64,000 bases of DNA, taken from NCBI GenBank assembly GCA_965204535.1, contig CBDBEV010000001.1, forward strand, positions 2,208,001-2,272,000, given 5' to 3'. The notes beneath the pieces are model-generated. The model did not search any database and was not told the DNA's origin. It was given only the letters and a program-made list of their open reading frames with translations. The stretch comes from a bacterium. Its GTDB lineage: Bacteria; UBA8248. A program made the translations under genes and the position numbers. This document shows positions 19,065 to 29,226 of this stretch, piece after piece. Positions within the stretch are counted from its first letter, which is position 1; the number at the start of each line of letters is the position of its first letter.

Positions 19065-19748
19065 ATGGCACTGACGAGCGGAAGGGCACACACGAGTTCG
19101 GAATTCGAGAGCGAACTCCAGGAACTCCGCCGCGTTCTCCTGGAGTTGGGCGCCAAGGTGGAGGCGATGATGGCCAAGAGCATCGAAAGCCTCACCCGCC
19201 GTGATTCCGAAATCGCCCAGACAGTCATCGAGAGCGATTTGGAAGTCAACCAACTCGAAGTCGACGTGAACGAGCTTTGCCTGCAGATAGTGGCGCTCAG
19301 ACAGCCCACTTCCGTGGACCTTCGCTTCATCACGACGGGCATGAAAATCGCCTCGGACCTCGAGCGGGTGGGCGACTTGGCGGTGAACGTCTGCGAGCGG
19401 GCGCTGGAGTTGAACGAGGAGCCTCCGCTCAAGCCCTATATCGAAATACCGCGCATGGCGAGCGCTTCGAGCCAGATGCTGCGCGAGAGTCTGGACAGCT
19501 TCATCAAGGAAGACGTGGTGCTCGCGCGCAAGGTCATAGCGAGCGACGACGAGGTGGACGACATGAACGAGGAGTTGTTCCGCGAACTTCTGACCTACAT
19601 GCTGGACAACCCGCGCAACATCAGCCGCTCGACCCGCCTGACGTTCATCTCGAAATACTTCGAGAGAATCGCCGACCACGCAACGAACATCGCAGAGGCC
19701 GTCCTCTTCATGGTGGAAGGCCGGAACCCGAGGCGTAGCGTCGATTAG
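19065..19748 (+). CDS. phoU: Phosphate signalling protein PhoU
   Basis: LRQP..DLR, DLERVGDLAVN, ERIADHATNIAE. Confidence 0.96.
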   Translation: MALTSGRAHTSSEFESELQELRRVLLELGAKVEAMMAKSIESLTRRDSEIAQTVIESDLEVNQLEVDVNELCLQIVALRQPTSVDLRFITTGMKIASDLERVGDLAVNVCERALELNEEPPLKPYIEIPRMASASSQMLRESLDSFIKEDVVLARKVIASDDEVDDMNEELFRELLTYMLDNPRNISRSTRLTFISKYFERIADHATNIAEAVLFMVEGRNPRRSVD

Positions 19749-19842
19749 CTCCAGGCTCGTTCGCCTGAATCCATTTGTTTTTCAGAAATGAATCCCGGTT
19801 TGTTTGCCTCGCCTTTTCCGGGAAACTGGCTGAAAAAAATTC

Positions 19843-20880
19843 TTAATCTGCGATTCCCAGCCTGGATTTCAGGAGTTCGTAGTTCGAGGGGTCCATTTCC
19901 AATTCGTTCCGGTTGATCGCGCGCGCGAGTTCGCTCACGGCGTCGTTGTAGGGAGTGGGAATCCCGAGTTCCTTTCCCTTTCTTGAGACGAGGCCGTTGA
20001 TGAATTCGATCTCGTTCTTGCGGCCCTTGATGTGATCGTGAATGGGCGCCGTGCGGGCGCGCGGGCCGGTGTGGCCCGTCATGGTCGTGAGGGCGTTCAG
20101 AAGCACCTTGTCCTCGTCACCGGCGAAATCATCCGCGCTCAGCCCGAAGACGGGCTCGATGTTGATGCCCATCGCCGTGCCGACCGCCACGGTCTCCTTG
20201 CCGAGTTTCACCGCGACCTCGAAGATTCCGGGAAGTTTGGCGACCTCTCTGTTCAGCAGGCCGATGAGGCCCCAGGGTCCCATGCTCATCGAGTTCACGA
20301 CGAGTTTCGTCCATTTCGTGCCCCGGATGTTGGTGGAGATGTCCACCTTGGCGACGTGGCTCAGTATTTTCTGGATTTCCTCCAGACGCGGTGTGATGGA
20401 GCCGTCCAGTTCCCCCACGGCGAACCAGGTGCCGGTGCGCGGCGTGTTGCGCTGAACGAAACCCGGGTTGAATATCTCTCCCGATAGTTCGATGCAGCAC
20501 CCCACCACGCGCTCGGGGCCGAGAATGGAAGTCGTTATCTCCTCCTCGTTCATGCTGTTCTGAAGGCCCACCAGGGCGCCGTCTGCTTTCAAGTGGGGCG
20601 CCATGAGTTCGGCCATCCAGCGCGTGTCGAAAGATTTCACCGCCAGCAGGATGAGGTCGAATTCAGGTTTCACGGAGGCCAGCTCGCACACGTGAAGCGC
20701 CTTGACGCGAACCTTCAGGTCGAGGTCCGGCATCTGGATGTGGAGGCCGTCTTTTTTCATCGCCTCCACATGCGCCGGCCACTGATCCACGATGGTGACG
20801 TCATAACCGGCGTCGGTGAGATCGGCGGCGGCGCTGCTGCCGATGGCTCCGGTTCCGAACACGGCGATCTTCTCGAACAT
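19843..20880 (-). CDS. Ketopantoate reductase (ApbA/PanE) family protein
   Basis: GTGAIG Rossmann motif, LLAVKSFDT, KWTKLVVN, EIEFING, IPTPYN. Confidence 0.85.
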   Translation of the reverse strand: MFEKIAVFGTGAIGSSAAADLTDAGYDVTIVDQWPAHVEAMKKDGLHIQMPDLDLKVRVKALHVCELASVKPEFDLILLAVKSFDTRWMAELMAPHLKADGALVGLQNSMNEEEITTSILGPERVVGCCIELSGEIFNPGFVQRNTPRTGTWFAVGELDGSITPRLEEIQKILSHVAKVDISTNIRGTKWTKLVVNSMSMGPWGLIGLLNREVAKLPGIFEVAVKLGKETVAVGTAMGINIEPVFGLSADDFAGDEDKVLLNALTTMTGHTGPRARTAPIHDHIKGRKNEIEFINGLVSRKGKELGIPTPYNDAVSELARAINRNELEMDPSNYELLKSRLGIAD

Positions 20881-21368
20881 CTCTTGCCCTCCCTGGGTTT
20901 TCATCCGCTGACGATTCCCGGATGAAACCATATGTAGCACGCCTCTCGCCGGTTTCACGACCCCTCACGAGGCTGGTTCATCCAGCGGCAAGCCACGCTG
21001 TGGCGATTTTAGCCTGTCCCCCGCCTATTGGTTGACACGCAGGTGGCAATCACTAATCATGGTCGGAATCTTGAAAAGAGAATATCTGGGCGCGGCGTTT
21101 TTTGTTCACCGCTTTGAGTCGGGCGATTTTTGGATTCCGCAGAAGATGGGAAAGCCTCGCATTTTCGAGCCGGAAATCAGCGAGGGGTTGGTTTATTGGC
21201 AGATTCGCCGGATGCCGCATCATCAAGCTGGAATCTTCCCATCCACCCATGGGTCTTTTGCCCGTCAGGAGCCTTTTACCGCCGCATCTTGTGAATCATT
21301 GGAGCATGGCATGTGAAACTCCAAGCGAACCTATCGTCGACCGGACACCGAATAAAGGAGGAGTGAAG

Positions 21369-22898
21369 ATGAAGAAAAAGTTCGTTATTTTTGGAATGGC
21401 TGTTTTCATGGCGCTTACGCTGATGTCTGGAGACGCGCTTTCCGCCAAGAAAGATCAGCTTCTCATCGGGATGCCCGGAGACCCGACGACGTTCGACCCC
21501 CATATCCGGCTCGGACTCCCCATGCTCCAGTCGTGGCCGCTCGTGTTCGACAACATCCTCGCACGCGACATCAAAGGGAAAATCATCCCCGCTCTCGCGA
21601 CGTCATGGAGTTACGTTTCTCCTACGGTGCTGGAACTCAAGCTGCGCAAGGGCGTGAAGTTCCATAACGGGGAGCCCGTCGACGCGAACGCCGTGAAGTA
21701 CAGTATCGACCGTCTGTTCGACAAGAAGATCAAAAGCCGGATACGGAATTTCTACAGGAGTGTCAAAAAAGTCGAGGTGGTCGACTCGCACACCGTGCGC
21801 ATCCACACCAAGCATCCCGACCGCTATCTCCTCTCGCCGCTGGCGGATTTCAGCGCGGTGGTCCCGCCGAAGCACTATGCTTCCAAGGACCTCAAGCACC
21901 TCGCGCGCAGTCCCGTCGGAAGCGGCCCTTACCGCCTGACGAAATGGCGCAAGGGCTCCGAGATGGTTTTCGAGGCCGCCTCCGGATACTGGGACAAATC
22001 GCGACAGCGCGTGAAGAAGGTGATCGTCAAGGTCATTCCAGAGCCGACGACGCGCGTCTCGGCGCTCGTCTCGGGCGCGGTCGACATGATCAAGGACATC
22101 CCGCCACAGACGGTCCCGATGGCGAAATCGAACCCCAACGTCGACGTGGTCGCAGGTCCCGGCCCCAAGGCGTGTTCGCTCATCATGGTTCTCAAGGACG
22201 GCGCTCCCTGGTCCGACGTGCGCGTGCGCCAGGCGGTGAACTACGCCATCGACAAGGACAGCATCATCAAGAATGTGCTTCAGGGGCACGCGACGGCGTC
22301 CATGGGGACCGTCGTCGGCCCGAACAGCTTCGGCCACAACCCGGCTCTTAAGCCCTATCCCTACGATGTGGCCAAGGCGAAGAGCCTGTTGAAGGAGGCC
22401 GGATACGAGAAGGGCTTCACCGTTCCGCTGGTCGTCCCCTTGGGACGCTATCTCAAGGGCGTGCAGGGGGCGGAGGCCATCGCGGGGCAACTCAAGAAGA
22501 TCAACATCAACGTCAAGGTCAAACCGCTGGAATACGGCGCCTGGCGCCGGAACAGCCGCTCGAAATGGAAGAAGGGCTACAAGCCCTACTGGAATTACGC
22601 CTGCCGCAACGATCTCGCGCTGCATGCGGCCTGGATGTACTCCGGGCTCCTCTACAGCAAATCGACGCACGGGGGTGTGCGGAGCGAGAAGCTCGATAAT
22701 ATGATCGTGGAAGCGCGCTCCGAGCCGGACGAAGCCAAACAGGCCGCGAAATACCGGAAGCTCGCCGCATACATCAGGGAGCAGGCTTTTCTCGGCTTTT
22801 TGTATCACCTCGATGAGATTTCCGGGAAGAAGAAAGCCGTCGACTGGAAGATGCGCTCTACGGGCCTCGTGATCGCAACCGACGCGGGCTGGAAATAA
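21369..22898 (+). CDS. Peptide/nickel (Dpp/Opp family 5) ABC substrate-binding protein
   Basis: Signal peptide, LRKGVKFHNGEP, PVGSGPY, DVRVRQAVNYAIDK. Confidence 0.92.
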   Translation: MKKKFVIFGMAVFMALTLMSGDALSAKKDQLLIGMPGDPTTFDPHIRLGLPMLQSWPLVFDNILARDIKGKIIPALATSWSYVSPTVLELKLRKGVKFHNGEPVDANAVKYSIDRLFDKKIKSRIRNFYRSVKKVEVVDSHTVRIHTKHPDRYLLSPLADFSAVVPPKHYASKDLKHLARSPVGSGPYRLTKWRKGSEMVFEAASGYWDKSRQRVKKVIVKVIPEPTTRVSALVSGAVDMIKDIPPQTVPMAKSNPNVDVVAGPGPKACSLIMVLKDGAPWSDVRVRQAVNYAIDKDSIIKNVLQGHATASMGTVVGPNSFGHNPALKPYPYDVAKAKSLLKEAGYEKGFTVPLVVPLGRYLKGVQGAEAIAGQLKKININVKVKPLEYGAWRRNSRSKWKKGYKPYWNYACRNDLALHAAWMYSGLLYSKSTHGGVRSEKLDNMIVEARSEPDEAKQAAKYRKLAAYIREQAFLGFLYHLDEISGKKKAVDWKMRSTGLVIATDAGWK

Positions 22899-23030
22899 AG
22901 GCGATGCCGCGCCTCTCTCCCGGGTGGCAACCAGCGTGCCCGGGAGAGAGCGACGCCCGAAACCCGAACACGTAATCTTGGGCGGACGTAAGGGGCGGCG
23001 TTCGGGTTTCGCCTTGTAACGGGGGGCGCA

Positions 23031-23948
23031 ATGACGGGATTTATCGTTCGGCGGATGTTTCAGGCGGTCGTGCTCATGAAGTTCGTCCTGATCTTCGTGT
23101 TCCTGCTGTTGCACCTCTCGGGCGACCCGGCCCGTATCATGCTCCCCGACGACGCCACCGAAGAGGACATCGCCGAACTCAGGAACGAGATGGGGCTCGA
23201 TAAGCCGCTGTTGACGCAGTACCTCATCTTTTTCCGCAACGTCCTGCGCGGCAATTTCGGCGAATCCTTCGAGCACGGGGAATCAGCCCTCAAGGTCGTG
23301 CTCGAACACCTTCCCGCCACCATAGAACTCGCCTCTGCCGCGTTCATCATGTCCGTCATCATCGGCCTGCCGTTCGGGTGCATCGCCGCCCTCAAGGAAA
23401 ACACCGTCTACGACAAGGGCCTGATGTTCGGCGCCGTGCTCGGCCAGGCGGTTCCCGACTTCTGGCTGGGGCTGATGATGATCCTGTTCTTCTCCGTGAA
23501 GCTGGGGTGGCTGCCGCCGTTCGGCTACGGGGAGCCGGTTCACTTCGTCATGCCGACCATCGCCGCGGGCGTGTTTCACACGGCCCGCCTCGCCCGGCTG
23601 ATGCGCTCCGAAATGCTGGAGGTGCTGCGCCAGGACTACATTCTCACGGCGTATTCCAAGGGCCTGGCCGAGAAAATCGTGTTGTTCAAGCACGCCCTCA
23701 AGAATTCGGCCATCCCCATCGTCACCATACTGGGGCTGGACCTCGCCCTCACCCTGGGGGGGACCGTCATCACTGAAACCGTGTTCGCCTGGCCCGGCGT
23801 GGGGCGGCTCACCGTCGCCGCCATCCACCACCGAGACTACCCCATCGTCCAGGCGGCGGTCTTTCTGCTCGCGCTGGGCTTTGTCTTCATCAATCTGCTG
23901 GTGGACATCATCTACACCTACCTCGATCCCAGGATTCAGTACCGATGA
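23031..23948 (+). CDS. Dpp/Opp ABC permease (DppB-like)
   Basis: GLDKPL, RSEMLEVLRQDYI, TETVFAWPGVG, YTYLDPRI. Confidence 0.93.
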   Translation: MTGFIVRRMFQAVVLMKFVLIFVFLLLHLSGDPARIMLPDDATEEDIAELRNEMGLDKPLLTQYLIFFRNVLRGNFGESFEHGESALKVVLEHLPATIELASAAFIMSVIIGLPFGCIAALKENTVYDKGLMFGAVLGQAVPDFWLGLMMILFFSVKLGWLPPFGYGEPVHFVMPTIAAGVFHTARLARLMRSEMLEVLRQDYILTAYSKGLAEKIVLFKHALKNSAIPIVTILGLDLALTLGGTVITETVFAWPGVGRLTVAAIHHRDYPIVQAAVFLLALGFVFINLLVDIIYTYLDPRIQYR

Positions 23949-24862
23949 GAGGTGACAGCGATGAAGTCCTCATGACGACCGAGGAGTTCCAGCACTTCGA
24001 CGAGACTCCCTGGTGGCGGCGGCTCGCGCGCTCACTCATCGCCACGAAATCGGCGATGGCGGGCGCCGTGATATTGCTCATCGTGCTTTTCGCCGCATTG
24101 TTCGCACCCCTGATCTCGCCGCTGGACCCCACGGCGCAATCCCTCACCCGGGTGATGAAGCCGCCCATGTGGGAGGGGGAGGGGCACCTCTTCTACCTGG
24201 GCACCGACCACCTCGGACGCGACCTCCTGAGCCGGTTGATCTACGGCGCGCGCGTGTCGCTCATCGTGGGACTCTCCGCGACGCTCATGGCGGGGAGCAT
24301 CGGTCTCATCCTCGGCATGATGGCGGGCTATTTCGGCGGGCGGGTGGACTACCTGCTGATGCGGCTGGTGGATTTCGTCCTCTCGTTTCCGTTCATTCTG
24401 CTGGCCCTGGCGACAATCGCCATACTGGGGCCGAGCCTCTGGCTGATCGTCTCCTTGATCTCGTTCCGCCAGTGGACGGTGTACGCGCGCGTGGTGCGCG
24501 GCAACGTGCTCTCGATTCGAGAGCAGGAGTTCGTCATCGCCTCGCGCGCCGTCGGCGGCAGCGATTTGCGCCTCATCTTCCGCCACGTTCTGCCCAACGT
24601 GCTGGCGCCCGTCATCATCATCGGCTCCCTCTATCTGGGGCGGCTGATCGTCATCGAGGCGGGCCTGAGCTTTCTGGGGCTGGGCGTCCCGCCGCCCACG
24701 CCCACCTGGGGCGGGCTGCTGGCCGAGGGCCGCTCCTACCTGTATGTCTCGTGGTGGATCGTTACCTTCCCGGGGCTCGCCATCACCCTCACCGTGCTGG
24801 GAGCCAACCTCGTGGGGGATTGGCTGAGAGACGTCTTGGACCCGCGTCTCAGGACGCGATAG
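23945..24862 (+). CDS. Dpp/Opp ABC permease (DppC-like)
   Basis: LGTDHLGRDLLSRLIYGAR, LSFLGLG, GDWLRDVLDPR. Confidence 0.93.
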   Translation: MRGDSDEVLMTTEEFQHFDETPWWRRLARSLIATKSAMAGAVILLIVLFAALFAPLISPLDPTAQSLTRVMKPPMWEGEGHLFYLGTDHLGRDLLSRLIYGARVSLIVGLSATLMAGSIGLILGMMAGYFGGRVDYLLMRLVDFVLSFPFILLALATIAILGPSLWLIVSLISFRQWTVYARVVRGNVLSIREQEFVIASRAVGGSDLRLIFRHVLPNVLAPVIIIGSLYLGRLIVIEAGLSFLGLGVPPPTPTWGGLLAEGRSYLYVSWWIVTFPGLAITLTVLGANLVGDWLRDVLDPRLRTR

Positions 24863-24893
24863 CGGATACCCGTTCTCATTCAGGAGAAAGACA

Positions 24894-25340
24894 ATGGCTG
24901 AAGACATGATGGAAAACTACGTCGACAAGAACCCCGACGTTCAGGAACGATTCAGGAAAGCGGGGGAAATCCGCCGCGCGATGGGAATCTACGGGGAAGG
25001 CGGGCAGACCACGGGCGATTTTCTGCAAATTTCTCCGGCGCACACGCAGACCATCATGGAGTATTGCTTCGGGATGGTGTGGGCGCAGTCGGAGACGCTC
25101 GACCTGAAAACGCGCGAAATCATCGTGCTCGCCACCATGGTGGCGCAGGATCTGCCCGGTGAACTGGCGTGGCACGTACGCTCCGCTCTGAACCTGGGCC
25201 TCACGCAAGATGAGATCATCGAAGCTATCGTGCAGTGTTCCCCCTACGTCGGCCTCCCCAAGACGAACCATGCGCTCAGAGCGGCGAAGCGGGCTTTCGA
25301 TGAGGCCGAGGGTAAAGAACCGAGCGACCTGGGGCATTAG
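24894..25340 (+). CDS. Carboxymuconolactone decarboxylase (CMD/AhpD-like) family protein
   Basis: FGMVW...LDLKTREII, HVRSALNLGLT.DEI, YVGLP; no CxxC. Confidence 0.85.
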   Translation: MAEDMMENYVDKNPDVQERFRKAGEIRRAMGIYGEGGQTTGDFLQISPAHTQTIMEYCFGMVWAQSETLDLKTREIIVLATMVAQDLPGELAWHVRSALNLGLTQDEIIEAIVQCSPYVGLPKTNHALRAAKRAFDEAEGKEPSDLGH

Positions 25341-25366
25341 GGGGTAGTTCCTGCTCGCCGAGGGGC

Positions 25367-25855
25367 TTATTTCCCCTTGAGGAGCCTGGGCCAGTTCTTA
25401 TCGCCCAGTTTGATGTTGCCGGGGATGTCCTCCTCCCAGGCCCGCTGAACGCCCTTGCTGTAGTTCAGGTAGAGCTTGCCGTCCACGATCTTCCAGGCTT
25501 CGGGGACGATGCTGGCCGTGTAGCCCCGGCTCACGGCGTATGCGCAGTAGCCGCCGTACCGGGGGGCGTATTTTTCAGGATTCGCGCGGAACAGATCGCG
25601 GTTTTTCCCGCTCGAGAAATACCAGGTGGCGCCCTTCCACTTGTGGGAGAAGGCCTTCTTCCCCTCGACGGGTCTGCTCTCGGTGAAATAGGCCACCGGG
25701 TCATACCCCCGGATGGCGCCTCCCAGCAAAGTGGAATAAACGGGCGTGATGGCCGCAGCCGACACAGGAAGAACGAGCAAGAAGGCGGCGAGCCATGCAG
25801 TGGCCCATACTCGTCGGTGGCAAGAGTTCCATAGCGATTGATTTGGTTTGCGCAT
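25367..25855 (-). CDS. Secreted YHS-domain protein
   Basis: AIRGYDPVAYF, PEKYAPRYGGYCAYAV, IVDGKLYLNY. Confidence 0.88.
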   Translation of the reverse strand: MRKPNQSLWNSCHRRVWATAWLAAFLLVLPVSAAAITPVYSTLLGGAIRGYDPVAYFTESRPVEGKKAFSHKWKGATWYFSSGKNRDLFRANPEKYAPRYGGYCAYAVSRGYTASIVPEAWKIVDGKLYLNYSKGVQRAWEEDIPGNIKLGDKNWPRLLKGK

Positions 25856-25973
25856 CTTTTGAGAGATCCTCTGAAAAATCAAAGCGGCGACGTTCCGAGG
25901 GTATTCCAATCCCCGGTCACCATTATACCCCAAACCCGAAGAATTCGTTTCGCAGTCGCGGCGAAAAAACCCA

Positions 25974-26651
25974 TCAGGGGTCGTAAAACTCAGGGAGAGT
26001 GAGGTAGCCCTCGCGAGGGAGTTCCGCCTTTACTGGCAGGCCTTGTCTTAGTTTCAGCCTCTGTACGGTTCGCAGATGCGCGAGCACGTTCCAGTAGATG
26101 TGGCGCAGGACCCCGCCGATTTCCAGGTGGAAAAGGCCGGGGCGCTCTTCGTCTTCGGAAAAGCCGAAAGGGTGCAGGCGGACGGACATTCTGTGGTAGT
26201 CGACGGGCTTGTGGGGGTCTCCGGCGCGGGAGACATCCGGATCGGTGTAGTAGGTGAACGACAAGGAGCGCAGCCTCTCCTCGCTTTCACGTTCGATGAT
26301 TTCACAGCAAAGCGCGGCCCAGGGCCGCATGAAGTCGACGACGGCCTTCTTGTCGCCCGCCGCCTCGGGCGGGACGTGGCGGATTCCCCCGTCGATGAGA
26401 TTGGCGATCAGGCCGGCGGTGTCGGGAAAGGCGTAGCCTTCTCTTGTAAGCATCTCACCTGCACGGAGATACAGCCACACGGGCGTCATGAGGGCGATGT
26501 GGCGGATTTGCAAATCCATCGACCATCGCGCCCAGGGCGGCTCCTCATTGGCATAGCACATCTGCTCGTGGGTCAGGCTCTCGACTTCTTCGTAGACGAG
26601 GTCGGGATAGTCTTCGAGAGCGACTCCAAGTTTTTTCCATTCTTCATTCAT
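25974..26651 (-). CDS. Hypothetical protein, possibly DinB/YfiT-like fold
   Basis: WS.....RHI near the N-terminus and RHIYWNVLAHL near the C-terminus resemble DinB His motifs; RBS GGAGGTGA. Confidence 0.55.
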   Translation of the reverse strand: MNEEWKKLGVALEDYPDLVYEEVESLTHEQMCYANEEPPWARWSMDLQIRHIALMTPVWLYLRAGEMLTREGYAFPDTAGLIANLIDGGIRHVPPEAAGDKKAVVDFMRPWAALCCEIIERESEERLRSLSFTYYTDPDVSRAGDPHKPVDYHRMSVRLHPFGFSEDEERPGLFHLEIGGVLRHIYWNVLAHLRTVQRLKLRQGLPVKAELPREGYLTLPEFYDP

Positions 26652-26839
26652 CGGCTTTCACCTCCGGGGCAGGCTATCACCGGAAGGTGCAATTATACCT
26701 TCTTGTAAGCAGGGGAAAAGAAGAGTAGAATTTTCCCATCTATTCGAATCATTTTATATTTGCGCACTTTTCCGTGTCGGGCTCTACGATGTCCCCGCAA
26801 GGGGGATGTTTCTATTCCTGCTCAGGGAGGATCATACCA

Positions 26840-27826
26840 ATGGCAAGAAGAATCGTTCCAATCGTTTTCGTGGCCATCGCGTTTCTCCTCACCCAGGGAG
26901 CGGCCCCTGCCTTGGGAGCCAAGGTCGTCATCAAAGTCGGCCACATGTACAGCAACAAGAACCCCACCCATTACGGGGCCATCGAATTCGGAAAGATGCT
27001 CGACAAGCTCAGCAAGGGAACCATGGAGGTGCAGGTGTTCCTGAAGGGACAGGTCGGCGACGGAAAGACGCAGTTGCAGTCGGTGCAGTTGGGCGCGATC
27101 CAGGCGACGTTCCAGGGGCTCACGCAGTTTCCGGCGTATGACAGCCTGAACCTCCCCTACTTCTGGAAGAGCACCAGGCACGTGCGCACGGTCGCCAACG
27201 GGCCGCTGTTCGAGCGCTGGCGCAAGGATTTTTTGAAAAAGCGCGGGACGATTATGGTCAGCGTCATCAACCGGGGCGCGCGGCACGTGCTCTCGCGCAA
27301 GAAGCCGCTCAAGACGCTCGCCGATTTCAAGGGCCTCAAGATTCGCGTTCCCCAGGCGCCTCCCTGGGTGCTGGCCTTCCGGGGACTTGGGTCGAAGCCC
27401 ACGCCGATGTCCTGGGCGGACGTGTATAACGCCATGCTGCTGGGCACGGTCGACGCCATGGAGAACACCCTGGAGACGCTCTACACGAACAAGTTCTACG
27501 AAGTGGGCAAACACCTGACGCTCACCTCGCACCTCTCCTCGACGTCGTACTTCATGGTGAACGACAAGTGGCACAAAGGCCTGAACAAGCAGCAGCGCAA
27601 GTGGTTCGACGACGCGCTGGCCAAGGGCATCGCCCACGCGCAGAAGATATACACCGACCTCGAGAACGCCTATCTGGACAAGTTCAAGAAAAAGGGCGTG
27701 AATATCTACAACATCAACGTGGATGAGTTCGCCAAGAAGACCGCCTCGGCCGCGGAGACGATTGGAACGAAGGGATGGGGCAAGGATTTCTTCGCGAAGG
27801 TCAAGGCCACGCGGGCGAAGTTCTAG
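26840..27826 (+). CDS. dctP: TRAP transporter substrate-binding protein
   Basis: Signal peptide, DFKGLKIRVP, PTPMSWADVYNAM..GTVDAMEN. Confidence 0.92.
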   Translation: MARRIVPIVFVAIAFLLTQGAAPALGAKVVIKVGHMYSNKNPTHYGAIEFGKMLDKLSKGTMEVQVFLKGQVGDGKTQLQSVQLGAIQATFQGLTQFPAYDSLNLPYFWKSTRHVRTVANGPLFERWRKDFLKKRGTIMVSVINRGARHVLSRKKPLKTLADFKGLKIRVPQAPPWVLAFRGLGSKPTPMSWADVYNAMLLGTVDAMENTLETLYTNKFYEVGKHLTLTSHLSSTSYFMVNDKWHKGLNKQQRKWFDDALAKGIAHAQKIYTDLENAYLDKFKKKGVNIYNINVDEFAKKTASAAETIGTKGWGKDFFAKVKATRAKF

Positions 27827-27876
27827 CAGAGTAGTCTGAATTCGCGCCGGGTAAGCACACGGCGCGGCAAGTAATC

Positions 27877-27915
27877 AAACACCGCCGGATATTGGTGAGC
27901 CGGCGGTGTTTTTTT
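27877..27915. terminator. Terminator between convergent dctP and dctM
   Basis: aaacaccgccgg/ccggcggtgttt stem with T-run. Confidence 0.75.
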
Positions 27916-27923
27916 GTGTCGTC

Positions 27924-29210
27924 TTATTCGACCGGCAGCAGCAGGTTCGGCAGCCACATGACGAACGGTGCGTAATAGACGATGGCGAACAGGGTGACGA
28001 TAAGCGGAATATAAAAAGGCGCAGTGGCCCGCACGATGGTCCAGAAGGGTACTTTCGTGATGTCCGACACCACGTAGAGAGCGAGCGCGAACGGTGGCGT
28101 GAGGTTTCCGATGACGAGGTTCAGCACCATAAAGACGCCCAGGTGCACGAGGTCGATGTCCAGCGCCTGGGCGATGGGCAGCATGACCGGCGTCACGATG
28201 AGCAGCAGGGGCGTGGGCTCCATCACCATGCCGCCGATGAGCAGGAAGATGTTGAGCACAAAGAGGATGAGCCACTTTTCCTGCAAAGCGGTCATGAGGA
28301 AATGAGCGAAGATGAAAGGGATGCGCTCGATGGTGATGAGTCGCGTGAAAACCGAAGCGGCCGAGAAAATGAACAGCACCACCGCCGTATAGATGATCAC
28401 TGTCGATAGGATGCGGGGCAGATCGGATGGGCGCACCTCCTTGTAGACCACCATCCCGAGAAACAGCGACCACGCCACGGCGAGCACGGCCGCCTCGGTG
28501 GGCGTCGTGGCGCCCGAGCCGATGCCGCCCAGGATGATCGCGGGCGTCATCAGAGCCAGAAAGGCGGAGCGGAAGCTCTTCCAAATCTGCGCGAGAGAGG
28601 CGCGCGGGTATTTTTTGTATCCCCGGTTGCGGGAGATGAAGTAGACGATCACCATCATCGCGGCGCCCATGAAGAAGCCCGGAATCACGCCGCCCAGAAA
28701 GACGCGCCCCGCCGATTCCTCGGCGATGCTCGCGTATATCACCATGATGATGCTGGGCGGGATGATGGGACCGATGCAGGAACTCGCGGCCGTAACGGCT
28801 GCGGAGAAGGGCTTGTCGTAGCCCTCCTTGGTCATGCCCTCTATTTCCACCCGGCCCAGCCCCGCCGCGTCGGCGAGCGCCGAGCCGGACATGCCGGCAA
28901 AGATGATGCTGGCGACGATGTTGGCGTGTCCGAGACTGCCGGTTAAATGGCCCACCAGCACTTTGGCGAAATCGAAAATCCTGTCCGTCACCTTCGATAT
29001 GTTCATGACCTGGGCGGCGAAGATGAACAGCGGAATGGCGATGAGAGAGTAATGCTCCAAAGCGCCGATCATGATGCTCGCCAGGAAGGTGACCGGCATT
29101 TCGGAGAGAAACGTCAGGTAAAACAGGCAGGTGAAGACCAGTGCGAAGGCTATTGGGGTGCTGAACGCGAGGAAGAAGAAAAACAGTAAAACGAGAATCA
29201 AGGCGTTCAT
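27924..29210 (-). CDS. dctM: TRAP transporter large permease
   Basis: AIPLFI, FAGMSGSALADAA, IGPIIPPSI, TPTEAA, LTPP. Confidence 0.95.
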   Translation of the reverse strand: MNALILVLLFFFFLAFSTPIAFALVFTCLFYLTFLSEMPVTFLASIMIGALEHYSLIAIPLFIFAAQVMNISKVTDRIFDFAKVLVGHLTGSLGHANIVASIIFAGMSGSALADAAGLGRVEIEGMTKEGYDKPFSAAVTAASSCIGPIIPPSIIMVIYASIAEESAGRVFLGGVIPGFFMGAAMMVIVYFISRNRGYKKYPRASLAQIWKSFRSAFLALMTPAIILGGIGSGATTPTEAAVLAVAWSLFLGMVVYKEVRPSDLPRILSTVIIYTAVVLFIFSAASVFTRLITIERIPFIFAHFLMTALQEKWLILFVLNIFLLIGGMVMEPTPLLLIVTPVMLPIAQALDIDLVHLGVFMVLNLVIGNLTPPFALALYVVSDITKVPFWTIVRATAPFYIPLIVTLFAIVYYAPFVMWLPNLLLPVE

Positions 29211-29226
29211 GCCGATTACCTCTCGC

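Noticed and set aside
25367-25855. Selenoprotein recoding in the YHS-domain gene
   Set aside because: Cys is encoded (GGYCAY); no in-frame TGA.
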